Shown piece after piece: positions 38,872 through 50,881 of a stretch of DNA of 64,000 nucleotides; within the stretch, counting starts at the first letter, position 1, and the number at the start of each line of letters is the position of its first letter. A program made the translations under genes and the position numbers. Source of the stretch: Neocallimastix sp. 'constans' (Eukaryota); NCBI GenBank assembly GCA_050613775.1, contig JBODTK010000100.1, positions 434,001 through 498,000 of the forward strand, given 5' to 3'. The notes under the pieces were generated by a model. That model was not told where the DNA came from, ran no database searches, and saw only the letters and a list, made by a program, of their open reading frames with translations.

Positions 38872-39607
38872 TTTATTGTGTTATGAAAAAACAAATACAT
38901 CAGAAGTAAGATAAAATGAATTTTTTCTTATTATATTTATTTATTAATAGGAATTATTAAAATTAGGGTTACATGAATAAATATTTTAGTAAAATTATTT
39001 TTTTTAATATTTATAAAAATAAAATAAAATAATATAAAAAGTCAACATAAAAATCTCAACTAAAAAAAAAAAAAATTAAATTAAAATTATATAAAATAAA
39101 TTTTAAAAAATATGATTTTATATATATTAAAGATAAATTTAAGAACAAAAAAAAGATTAATAATATAAAAAAAATAAGAAAATTAATTTTTTCTAATTTT
39201 TTTTTATATTATTAATCTTTTTTTTTGTTCTTAAATTTATCTTAAATTTTATCTTCTTCCAATATATTTATTTTTTCATAACATAATTAGTCTTTTTTAT
39301 TAGTATTAGTATTGATAGGATAAAATAATTGGTTTTAAAATAGTTTTAATATTAAATATACACTTTTAAAAAAAATTTTTTAATAAAAATTTGATAAATA
39401 AATACATAACTAGTACAGGATATATTTAATATTTATTTGATAAAGAAGGAAACAAATTTACTTTTTCTTCTCACATTCTACTTCTATATAGACATGAACG
39501 ATATAATTGTTAACAGGAATATAGTTAATAATAAATATTATATTTTTTGTTTGCTTGTTTATTTATTTTATCTTTTTATTAATTTTAAATATTTAATCAA
39601 TTTTATT

Positions 39608-39865
39608 AAAATAAAAATAATAAAAATAATAATAATAAAAATAATAATAATAAAAATAATAATAATAAAAATAATAATAATAAAAATAATAATATAAATA
39701 ATAATAATAAAAATAATAATAATAATAAAAATAATAATAATAATAAAAAATAATAATAATAAAAATAATAATAAAAATAATAATAATAAAAATAATAATA
39801 ATAAAAATAATAATAATAAAAATAATAATAATAAAAATAATAATAATAAAAATAATAAAAATAAA
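39608..39865. repeat. (AAAATAATAATA)n low-complexity repeat
   Basis: Direct reading of the sequence. Confidence 0.85.
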
Positions 39866-40904
39866 TAGGTTTGATATTTTATAGAAAATAAAAAAAAAAA
39901 ATAATTATTTAGGTTTAATTTTAAAATCTATAATATATATATATATAAAAAAAATTACACATGCTATATAAAAAATACCCAATTTTTAATTAATTTTAAT
40001 AATAAAAATTAAAATTTATATAAAACTTTCCAATATTTTTATTTTTTTATTATTATAAATATTATTATTTTTTTTTTATTATTATTATAAATATTTTATA
40101 CTTATAATAATAAAAAAATAAATAATATTGATATAAAAATTATATATTAATGAATATAAAATAAAAATAAAATTAAATAATTTATAAATTATAAAAATTT
40201 CATACTTTTATTTTATATTCTTTTCTTATATAATGCTTATTATCAAATAATTAATTAAAAATGGAACTAATATCAGCTATTAAGTATTAATGATTGTCCA
40301 TAATAAAAGTAAAAAAAAAAAAATATTTATATATATATTAATTGAAAAAAGGTATAAAGTTAACTATTAAAATATTAACTATTAAAATATTAACAATAAT
40401 AATAATAATAATATAATAATAATAAGAAGAAGAAGAACTTTTAAGATTCTTTATTTGACAATTAATTAAAAAAATTATTATTATTAAATTAACTTAGTAA
40501 AAGAAAATAAGCTGATTAATATTAATTTGATGAAAAATTAAAGTATTTTTAAATAAAACTTTGATTAATATATAAAAATTAAACGAATCTAATGTATTAT
40601 ATGCATAATTATTTAAAAAAAAAATGAAAGCTATAATTTAATATTATATATTATTAAATATTATTATTCTTCATAAAATAATAAAAAAATTATCTAATTA
40701 TAAAAATAATTTTTTTTGTTAGATAGAATAAAATTAATTGGAAATGGAAATAATTACTTCAAGCAATTTTTAATTTTTTTTTTTTTTTTTTTAAATATTA
40801 TCGTTGTTTCGTCTTATTATTTTTATCATTTTTTACTTTAAATTTTATTTTTATAATTATTATAATGAAATTTTAGAGTATATTATTATTATTATTATTA
40901 TCAT

Positions 40905-40935
<31 letters not shown>

Positions 40936-41562
40936 GTACTAAAGATATCTAAAAACTAATTTAATATTAAAATTAAAATATTTAATAGAAATAATAATTA
41001 ATTAGTTAATGTGTAAAAATTTTCAATTCATATTAGAAATATATTTAAGAGCTAAGAATATGTTAATTTAAAAAATATATATATATGATATAAAATATTA
41101 AAAAAAAAGTAAAGAATAGAAAAAAAATAAACCAAAAACAGAAATTTTGATTTTAATTTGAAAGAATTCTTTTTTATTATTTTTATTTATAAATATAGAA
41201 AATTTTAATCTCATAAAAAATATAAAATAGGTATATTACATAGTTCTTTGGAAGATTGTAATAAATAATTAATATAATTAATATAATTAATAAATATAAA
41301 GTGATACAAATTTAAATAAATGAATTAATAATTTTTACATATTAATATTAAAATATTATTAAGTAAAATATGATATTTAATAGTTAAAAAAAAATGAAAA
41401 AGAAAGAAATGAAAAATAATATAATACCTGTATTAAAAAAAAAAAATTGTAATAATTATATAAATTTATATATCAAGTTTATATAAACTTTTTCTTTGCT
41501 TAAACACATATATCAAAAAAAAAAAAAAAGTTATAATAACATTATTTTTACTATTATTACTA

Positions 41563-42588
41563 TTATTTTTTAAGAATATCCTGTAAAATTATTTTGAGTG
41601 CCTTTTCATTTTCTTCAAACAAAGGACTGTGAGCAGAATTTTCAAAAGTATAAAATTTTTTTAATGGAGCTGTGACACGATTAAAGTATTTTTCTTGAAC
41701 CGAATATGCCGTGGTATAATCATATTTTCCAGCAAAAACATAGAAAGGAATTTTTAATTTATTTATTGTTTCAAAAGCGTTGAAGTTGAAGGCATCTGTG
41801 ATGACAGGAGCATCTGATGTTACCATTTTAGCTCTCCAAATATTAATTTTTTCCATTAATGAAAAATCTTTAATACGAAATGATGGGAAAAATATGCCAG
41901 TAATTACTGATTTCATTTCATGAGTAGTTCCAATGCCTGATTCATGCATATAAGCATCACGAACTTTTTCAAAATATTGTTTGGTGAGAGGATCTTTAAA
42001 ATTTATTGTTGATTTAGTTTCAAATAAAATTTTAAATTTATCCAACTCCTTCATTCTATCTGTTTTACCTTTTCCTTTATAGAATTCATACATATATTGA
42101 TAAGCCAATTGTTCAGAAAGGTTTTGATCTACAATCATACTCATCCCTATATATGCATGAAAAAATTCAGGATACCGGTAGGTAATATTTAATCCTACAT
42201 AGGTTCCAAAAGAATGACCTAAAAGATAAATTTTTTCTTTATGAAATCTTTTGCAAAGATATTTTGCCACGGCAATACAATCATTAAAATAAGTTTCACT
42301 TGTTAAATCTTCTTTTTGTTTTATAGTATTTTTGTCAAAAGATAAACCAGTACCTCGATAGTTAATATAACAAAGAATAAAATATTTATCAAGATTTGAA
42401 CCATACTCTGATTCTAAAAGATATTCGGGAATACCTGGACCACCTCCTAGTATTAATAAAACGGGATTTTCAGGATCTATACTCTTAATGATTAATCCAA
42501 GTTTTGTATTCTCGACTTCTATCCAAACCTTTTCAGAGATACTATTTGGAATATCATTTTCATTTTCAACTTTTATTATATCGTTCAT
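41563..42588 (-). CDS. Alpha/beta hydrolase, prolyl-aminopeptidase-like, intron-less
   Basis: NPVLLILGGGPG, YRGTGLS, GHSFG nucleophile, GKYDY, FENSAHSP catalytic His; 341 aa. Confidence 0.85.
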   Translation of the reverse strand: MNDIIKVENENDIPNSISEKVWIEVENTKLGLIIKSIDPENPVLLILGGGPGIPEYLLESEYGSNLDKYFILCYINYRGTGLSFDKNTIKQKEDLTSETYFNDCIAVAKYLCKRFHKEKIYLLGHSFGTYVGLNITYRYPEFFHAYIGMSMIVDQNLSEQLAYQYMYEFYKGKGKTDRMKELDKFKILFETKSTINFKDPLTKQYFEKVRDAYMHESGIGTTHEMKSVITGIFFPSFRIKDFSLMEKINIWRAKMVTSDAPVITDAFNFNAFETINKLKIPFYVFAGKYDYTTAYSVQEKYFNRVTAPLKKFYTFENSAHSPLFEENEKALKIILQDILKK

Positions 42589-42931
42589 TTTTAACTATTT
42601 TTATTAATATATACAATATATAATAAATAAATAATTAGTATTAATAATAATAGTACTATTTAGTATCGAGAAATATAGAAAAATATAAAATTATAATAAT
42701 GTCTTCATCTAATATAATCTCAAATTAATCTTATTTATATTATTAGTATGAATATAAAGTTAAAAAAAAACTAATAATACTAATATTTATATTCAATGTT
42801 TTATACTATTTAATTATAAAATTCATTTTTGTGAATTAATCTTAAAAAAAAAATAATATTTTAAAATGTAATTTAATGAATTGACTTGACATTTAATATT
42901 AAATTAAAAAAAGTAAATAACTAAAAATATT

Positions 42932-42932
42932 A

Positions 42933-43021
<89 letters not shown>

Positions 43022-43043
43022 TATTATTATTATTATTATTATT
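42932..43043. repeat. (ATT)n microsatellite
   Basis: Direct reading of the sequence. Confidence 0.9.
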
Positions 43044-43127
43044 GAATTAATAATAAATATATTATTGTCATTATATTATTACCGTAGTATTATCAATATA
43101 GTAATTATTTTTTATTTCTTTTAAAAA

Positions 43128-43172
<45 letters not shown>

Positions 43173-43986
43173 TATTCATTTATAATGTATGATTTACCAA
43201 TTCTACAATTTAATTAAAAATTCATTCTAATTCCAATATATTTTTGTTAATTACTTTCAATAAAAAAAAATATATTATTTTTTTATTATATTTTTGTAAA
43301 CTAATTTATAAAAAAAAATATATTATTTTTTTATTATATTTTTATAAATTAATTTACTTTCTTTTATATATAAAATTCTTTTTCTTATACATTTGATATA
43401 TATAAATACTGGTACTATATTCTTCATAAGAATGCTCCACAGAGATTAAATTTTAATATATTATAAATTTATATATTATATAATATATATATATATATAT
43501 TAAAAATATATTTTAATATATTATAATTTATATTTATTTAAAATATATATTGGTAAAGGTAAAATGAAAACCACAAAATAAAAATAAAAAAAATAAAAAA
43601 AAAAGGCTTGCGATATCTATGATATATAAATCCTATAAATGTAGAATATAAAATATTTATTGATATAAATATATATATTTATATATATTAGATAAGAGAA
43701 AGAAGACATAAAACAAAAAACAAAAAACAAAAAAAAAGTTTACGCCATCAATAATAATAATTTAATATTATATAAATATATATATATAATATTATTACGC
43801 CATCAATTATAATAAGAAAATTCAATAAATGTGGAATAATTAAATTAATTTAAAAAAAAATAATAATAATAATAAATAATAAAATTAAATAAAAAAAAAT
43901 AATATTATTAAATAAAAAAAATAAAAATAAAAATAAATAAAAAAAAATAAATAAAAATATTTTAATAATTTGTTTTATAGAAAATA

Positions 43987-44228
43987 TTTTTTTTTTTATA
44001 GACTGAAAACTTATTTCTCCCTCATATATTAATATAGATGTATGTTTGACTGACATACAGGTATGGCATCGACGCTCCCAACCCCCTCATAAGCAAAGAA
44101 ACTCCAGTTATAGATGCACTCTACACAATCCTCAAGGGAAAGCAAGTTAGCCCACTATAGGTCACCTCCTTGCCATCCCAGAAGAGCTGGAAACTGTAAT
44201 CCTCTCAGACAAGGCTTGCGCAATGAGA
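43987..44228 (-). mobile_element. 5'-truncated poly(A)-tailed retroposon end (SINE or LINE 3' UTR)
   Basis: GC-rich island ending TTTTCAGTCTATA(A)n on the minus strand; the last ~95 nt are homologous to 48791-48883. Confidence 0.65.
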
Positions 44229-44821
44229 ATCTTAAAATGTTAATAGAAAATAAAAATAAAAATCTGTATATGCTTATTATATTTCTTTTAAATAATTGAT
44301 TATTCATAATTATAATTAAATAAATAAATAAATAATTTAGTAAAATAAAAAATAAATATATTATTAATAATATACTGAAAAAATGTATATATATAATATT
44401 CATAAAAAAGTTTATAAAATAATATTATAAAATAAAATAATAATAATTATAATATATATATAATAAATTAAAACACTAATATGAAAATTATGAAAATGCT
44501 ATTTTATATTAAAAATAGAAAATAAAAAAAAAAAAAAAAAAGTCATCTTATATAATAAATATAATACATATATATGTTTTATTGTAAATTGAATAAAATT
44601 ACTCATCATCATTTCGTTACATTTATATATATATTTATATTAATAGGTTATTTTATTTTTATTTTTATTTTTATTTTTTTTTTTTTACATTTATTTTTAC
44701 TTTTTTTTTTTTATTTTGAAATTCTAATTTTTTTTTTTTTTTTATTTCTTTCTTATTTCTTTATTTCTCTTATTTCTATATTTACATATATTTATATATA
44801 TATAATTTCTTAATGCTATGA

Positions 44822-46756
44822 TTAATCGTCAAGCAAACCAGAAAATATTTCTATAAATAACTCTGCAACATTAAATATAAAGTCAGCTATAAGAATTTTA
44901 TCTGAATCATCTCGGTATGATGAATAACCTCGGTATGATGATGAATAACCTCCGGATGATTTATTTATTATATCACCCCCTTGGGCATTTCTAAATACTA
45001 CCCCAGCAGCAACTTCATATTCATATTTCATTTTAAATTCTTGATAATTATTTGTAATCCATGGATATAAATATTCTTCAATATCACTATATTTCTTATT
45101 CACTATAACGCCAGAGTCACGTTTACTATTATTTTTAGTACATTCTTCATTGATATTTTTAGTACATTCTTCATAGGATGGAGGATTTAAAGATATAGAG
45201 GATGAGGATCGAGGATATGGAGATGATGACTGAGGATATGGAGATGATGATGGTGATGATGATGGTGATGATGAAGATTTTGTGTATGGTAATGAAGTAT
45301 TAGTCAATAAATTTAAAACTGTTTTATTACCATTTTCATGAGCAAGATCTAAAGGTGATCTTCCTTCATTATTTTTTATATTTGGGTTGGCATTCTTATT
45401 GACTAAATTTTTAATAACAGGAATATTATTCATTTCAACAGCATAATAAAGTGCAGTATTTCCTAAATAATCTTGTTGATCAACTAAAACATCAAATTTA
45501 AGTAATTCATTTACTGCAATTATATTTTTTGATTTAGTAGCAAGAATTAATGCACTTTCATATTTATTATTAACATAATTAATTGAATCAGAATTACGTT
45601 TAACAATTCTACTAACTAATGTTGGTTTATTTATACATGCAAGCATTAATAAAGTATTATAATTATTACCATCTACATAAGTAAAATCAAATGTTGATTC
45701 ATCAACAATAAATTTGCATTTATCATGAGAACTAGATTTAATAAATAATGAAGTAGCATTTTCACCACCTCTGTTCTTTTTAGCTATATCGGCATTACTA
45801 GTATGTTTTAAGACATATTCTAATGTTTTAAAATCTTTTACAATGATAAATACCATAATAGCTGTATTTTCATCTTCATCAACAGGGAGATTAAAATCAC
45901 ATCCTAAATCAAGTAAGGTAGTAAGAGTATTTATATATCTTAAATATAAATCTTTTTTGTTACTACTTTCATTGCTATATAAATTTTTAATAAGAAGCGA
46001 TAATGGTGTTTCCATCTTCACATTCATATAATTAATATCACAATTTTTCTTCTTTAATGCTTTAAGTTCAGTATATCTTCCCTTTTCTGCCAAATACATT
46101 GCGGCAGATCTTCCATCATTATCAACACAATTTACATCAATATGTTCATTATGTAATAAAATGACAGCAGCTTCATATAATTCATTTTTACAACAGTAAA
46201 GAAAGGCAGTTTCATTATTTTCATTTCTCTGATTAACATCAATTTTTGATTTTGTCAATTCTAAGAGAGCTTGTGAATTACATAAAGCATAAAATAATAC
46301 ATTTTCAGATTTTTTATTAACAATATTCAAGCAATCTTCATTATTAATAAAATGTGTTACCACAAAAATCAAAACATTATTTTTAACCGCATGCATCAAT
46401 GCTGTCATACCATTGTCATCTTGAACAAATGGATCAATATTCATAGTTAAAAGCCATCTGATAGCTGCTATATTCCCAGTACTACAGGCTTGAATAAGTA
46501 TATCACTATTCCTAAAGTTGTATAAAACATTGGTTAAAGCAGGATGTTCTAACACCTTTTTAATAAAACTAAAATTCTTCTTAGCAAGAACAACTACATT
46601 TATTTTACTAACAAACTTATCAATGATTTTCTTATCTCCTTTTTCTCCTAAATATTCTTCAATAATTTTTCCATTTTCATCAATTAAAGAAAAACAATTC
46701 TTACTCTCGTTATTTAAATTAAGTAAAAATTTAGTTTCAAAAACTTCAAAATTCAT
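44822..46756 (-). CDS. Ankyrin-repeat protein with Ser/Pro-rich tail and PPSY motif
   Basis: Multiple ANK repeats (GMTALMHA, ETAFLYCC, GRSAAMYLA, GNTALYYAV, GRSPLDLA); 644 aa; may have upstream exons. Confidence 0.88.
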   Translation of the reverse strand: MNFEVFETKFLLNLNNESKNCFSLIDENGKIIEEYLGEKGDKKIIDKFVSKINVVVLAKKNFSFIKKVLEHPALTNVLYNFRNSDILIQACSTGNIAAIRWLLTMNIDPFVQDDNGMTALMHAVKNNVLIFVVTHFINNEDCLNIVNKKSENVLFYALCNSQALLELTKSKIDVNQRNENNETAFLYCCKNELYEAAVILLHNEHIDVNCVDNDGRSAAMYLAEKGRYTELKALKKKNCDINYMNVKMETPLSLLIKNLYSNESSNKKDLYLRYINTLTTLLDLGCDFNLPVDEDENTAIMVFIIVKDFKTLEYVLKHTSNADIAKKNRGGENATSLFIKSSSHDKCKFIVDESTFDFTYVDGNNYNTLLMLACINKPTLVSRIVKRNSDSINYVNNKYESALILATKSKNIIAVNELLKFDVLVDQQDYLGNTALYYAVEMNNIPVIKNLVNKNANPNIKNNEGRSPLDLAHENGNKTVLNLLTNTSLPYTKSSSSPSSSPSSSPYPQSSSPYPRSSSSISLNPPSYEECTKNINEECTKNNSKRDSGVIVNKKYSDIEEYLYPWITNNYQEFKMKYEYEVAAGVVFRNAQGGDIINKSSGGYSSSYRGYSSYRDDSDKILIADFIFNVAELFIEIFSGLLDD

Positions 46757-47889
46757 TTTGTTCTTGTTTTATTTAAATACTTTTTTTATTATTTCACTTA
46801 TTTTAATTAATATTTAAAATAATTATTTAAATTACTTTTTTCCTTTTTTTATAACTTTTTTTCTTTTTTTATATCTTTAAATTTGTTTTTTTATTTCTTT
46901 AAAAAAAATATTGTTTATTTTTTTATTTATATTTTAAGTTTTTTCTTATATATATATATTTTTTGTTTTTCGTTTATTGTTTGTTTGTTTGTTTATTTGT
47001 TTGTTTTGTGATTTATTATTTATATATATATTATTACTATTAAATATTATCTATTTACTAATAATATATTTTAATTAATTTTATTATTTTTTTGTTATGT
47101 ATAAAATATTTTATATTTTTAAATTATTTCGTTTTTTTTTTTTTATAAAATTTTCAAAGCTTTAAATTATTGAGACTTTTTATGGTATTTATACTTGAAA
47201 AAAAAAATATTATAAATTATATCAAAAATAATGTTATATTATTTTATATTAATTATACATATATAAATATATGTATAGATATATGTATAGATATATAAAT
47301 ATATATATAAATATGTATAGATATATAAATAAATAAGTATCATAAATAAAAAAAAAAAAATATAAAAAATAAAATTTATTATAGATATGAAAATTATTGG
47401 CTTATCCTTAATTAAATAAATTAAAAAGTATTCACAATAAATGAAAAAATATTTTCTAGAATTGTTTTTTTTTTTTTTTGATAAAATAAATTTTTAACAG
47501 AAATATTAAAATATAATATATATATAAATATAAGAAATAATTTCTATTATTTAAATTGACAGTTCAACCTTTTTTTTTTTTATTATTATTATTTTTTTAA
47601 ATACTTTTTATAAAATTTTATTTTATTTTTTTTTTATTAATACTTAAAACTTTTTTACTCTTTTTTTTTTTACTATTTAATTATATTACAAGAATTCATT
47701 TATGAATCCAGGGATTTTCCTAAAAGTAAGAAAGTAAAATAGATTTTAAATTCTGAGAAGATACTTTTCAATATTAATTATAAAAATCAAATGAGCCTTA
47801 TGCAAAAATCAGATGTTGAATATGAATTATCGAACTATCTATATAATGAAAAATTAATTTTAGAAAATAAAGTTTTTTTTTTTATTATC

Positions 47890-48372
47890 TTATTTTATTT
47901 TATTTTATTTTATTTTATTTTATTTTATTTTATTTTATTTTATTTTATTTTATTTTATTTTATTTTATTTTATTTTATTTTATTTTATTTTATTTTATTT
48001 TATTTTATTTTATTTTATTTTATTTTATTTTATTTTATTTTATTTTATTTTATTTTATTTTATTTTATTTTATTTTATTTTATTTTATTTTATTTTATTT
48101 TATTTTATTTTATTTTATTTTATTTTATTTTATTTATTTTATTTTATTTTATTTTATTTTATATTTATTTTATTTTATTTTATTTATTATTTTATTTTTA
48201 TTTTATTTTATTTTATTTTATTTTATTTTATTTTATTTTATTTTATTTTATTTATTTTATTTTATTTTATTTTATTTTATTTTATTTTATTTTATTTTAT
48301 TTTATATTTATTTATTTTATTTTATTTTATTTTATTTTATTTTATTTTATTTTATTTTATTTTATTTTATTA
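47890..48372. repeat. (TATTT)n microsatellite
   Basis: Direct reading of the sequence. Confidence 0.92.
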
Positions 48373-48790
48373 TTACTTTCATTTTTATTTAATCCATAAT
48401 TTCAACTTTAGTTAATAGTTGAAATTTAAGTATATATAATTCTTTCATTAACACACATTTAAAAAATTTTTTAAGTAATTGTGGATTTATTATATTTGAT
48501 AATAAAAATATAATTAAAATATATATATTCATATTTATATTTATATTAATAAATAAATAATAATAATAATAATAATAAAGAGTATATTGAATTATTCTAA
48601 AGAATTCTTTTTGTTTATTTATTTGTTTATTTTTATTTTTTTTTTTTTTTGTCAAAATATAAGATTAAGTTTTAATTACATTGTACAATATATAAATTTT
48701 ATGTATTTATTATGATTGTAATAATATTAACTATAAAAAATTTATAAAGAATCTTCTCTATTCAAATAAATAGTATATTTTATTATTATT

Positions 48791-48902
48791 ATGGGGAGTT
48801 GAGAGCGTCGACGCCGTACCGGTATGGCAGTTAATCATACACCCATATTACTATATGGGGAAGACCAAAGTCTTCAGTCTATAAAAAAAAAAAAAAAAAA
48901 AA
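48791..48902 (+). mobile_element. Short 5'-truncated poly(A)-tailed retroposon end
   Basis: Homologous to 43998-44092 (minus); ends TCTTCAGTCTATA + A-tract; TTTATTATTATT on both flanks (TSD-like). Confidence 0.65.
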
Positions 48903-48946
48903 TTTATTATTATTATTATTATTATTAAAAAAAAAAATAGAATTTC

Positions 48947-49590
48947 TAATAATAAATAAATAATAAATAATAAATAATAATAAATAATAAATAATAAATA
49001 ATAAATAATAAATAATAAATAATAAATAATAAATAATAAATAAATAATAAAATAATAAATAATAAATAATAAATAATATTTAATAAATAATAAATAATAA
49101 ATAATATATAATAAATAATAAATAATAAATAATAAATAATAAATAATAAATAAATAATAAATAATAAATAATAATAAATAATAAATAATAAATAATAAAT
49201 AATAAATAATAAATAATAAATAATAAATAATAAATAATAAATAATAAATAATAAATAATAAATAATAAATAATAAATAATAAATAAATAATAAATAATAA
49301 ATAATAAATAATAAATAATAAATAATAAATAATAAATAAATAATAAATAATAAATAATAATAAATAATAAATAATAAATAATAAATAATAAATAATAAAT
49401 AATAAATAATAAATAATAAATAATAAATAATAAATAATAAATAATAAATAATAAATAATAAATAATAAATAATAAATAATAAATAATAAATAATAAATAA
49501 TAAATAATAAATAATAAATAATAAATAATAAAAAATAAGCAAATAAATAAATAATAAATAATGAATAATAAATAATAAATAATAAATTTT
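48947..49590. repeat. (AATAAAT)n microsatellite
   Basis: Direct reading of the sequence. Confidence 0.92.
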
Positions 49591-50049
49591 AAAATATTAA
49601 ATATTAAATATAAATGGTAATAATAATAAATAATTTAAATAAATAAAAAGAAAAGGTGTTTAATTATTAATTTTTAATTTTTATGAAAAAAAAAAAAATG
49701 AAAAAAAAATATATTTTATGAATGTTATAAAAAGTTGTATCAATTACAAGTTTATTTATAAAAAAAAAAAAAAAAGCCTATATATTTTTTTTTATATTAA
49801 TAATGTATTAAAAAAAAATGAAAATATGAAAAAAAGGAAGAAGATGGAAGAAAAATGATATTATTTTTTAAATTTTTTTAATAACTTTAATAAATTATAC
49901 CGGTAGCAAACAACTGTAATAAGCAATTTATCAAAAAATATTAATAGCTCAAAGCTTGGAATTTTTATCAGCATTCTCTTAACCTTAGAAATTAAGATAT
50001 TCTTCACACTATTAACACCATAGAAGATGTTACGTCCTTAAGTGGTAAG

Positions 50050-50057
50050 AAAAAAAA
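50050..50057 (-). terminator. Pol III terminator (T8)
   Basis: T-run 1 nt after the tRNA discriminator base. Confidence 0.85.
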
Positions 50058-50058
50058 C

Positions 50059-50131
50059 TACCCGAACCCGGGTTCGAACCGGAGACCTTTTGCGTGTAAA
50101 GCAAACGTGATAACCACTACACTATTCGGAT
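50059..50131 (-). tRNA. tRNA-Val (anticodon TAC)
   Basis: Minus strand ATCCGAATAGTGTAGTGGTTATCACGTTTGCTTTACACGCAAAAGGTCTCCGGTTCGAACCCGGGTTCGGGTA: 73 nt, 7-bp acceptor stem, anticodon arm TTTGC-TTTACAC-GCAAA, GGTTCGAAC B-box. Confidence 0.96.
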
Positions 50132-50881
50132 ATTTGCTGCCTTGAATAGTAAAGAATGAATTAATAACCTTTATTTTATTATTAATAATTCTTTACTTGT
50201 CAAGGATTTGATACAAATTAATTTATATTTAATACCACAAAAATAACAATTTAATTATAAATATAATTTGTACTCCTTAAATCCTTGTACCGTTCATAAC
50301 CAAATTAATATTGTATTACATATTAATTAATATTATCCCTTTTATACATTATTGAACCCCTAATATATTAATTGATTAATATTGTATTACATATTAATTA
50401 ACATTATCCCTTTTTATATTAATTAATATAGTTGAATATTATTTATAAAAATTGTTTTTTATTAATTATATTATTTTATATATTTTTATTATCTTATATT
50501 ATATATGTATTATTCTATTACTTTATATATTAAAATTATATTTTATATTGTTATCTTTAAATTAGTATTTATTAAAATATATTATTAAATATTTTATATT
50601 GTTTTTCAAAATATAAAAGAACTAAAAAATATTCTTTTTTAAATCTTTGTAAGATTATTATTTACAAATAATCTGATAACTTTATAATAAAACATATTAA
50701 ATAAAAATATAGTTAATTAAAAGTTTAAAAATAAAATAATATTTTATATTTGAATAAATCAATTTATAAAATAAAATAATATCAAAAGGTTATTAGATTA
50801 AAGGCTTCCAACCAAGTTTACCCTTTAATCTAAGTACCAACTTAACAATAATCTTACCGCTATTTTAGAAACTTCCTTGGA

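Noticed and set aside
47791..49542. Long ORFs 47791-48399 and 48946-49542 (FYFIL / YYLLFII repeats)
   Set aside because: Translations of (TATTT)n and (AATAAAT)n microsatellites with no coding signal.
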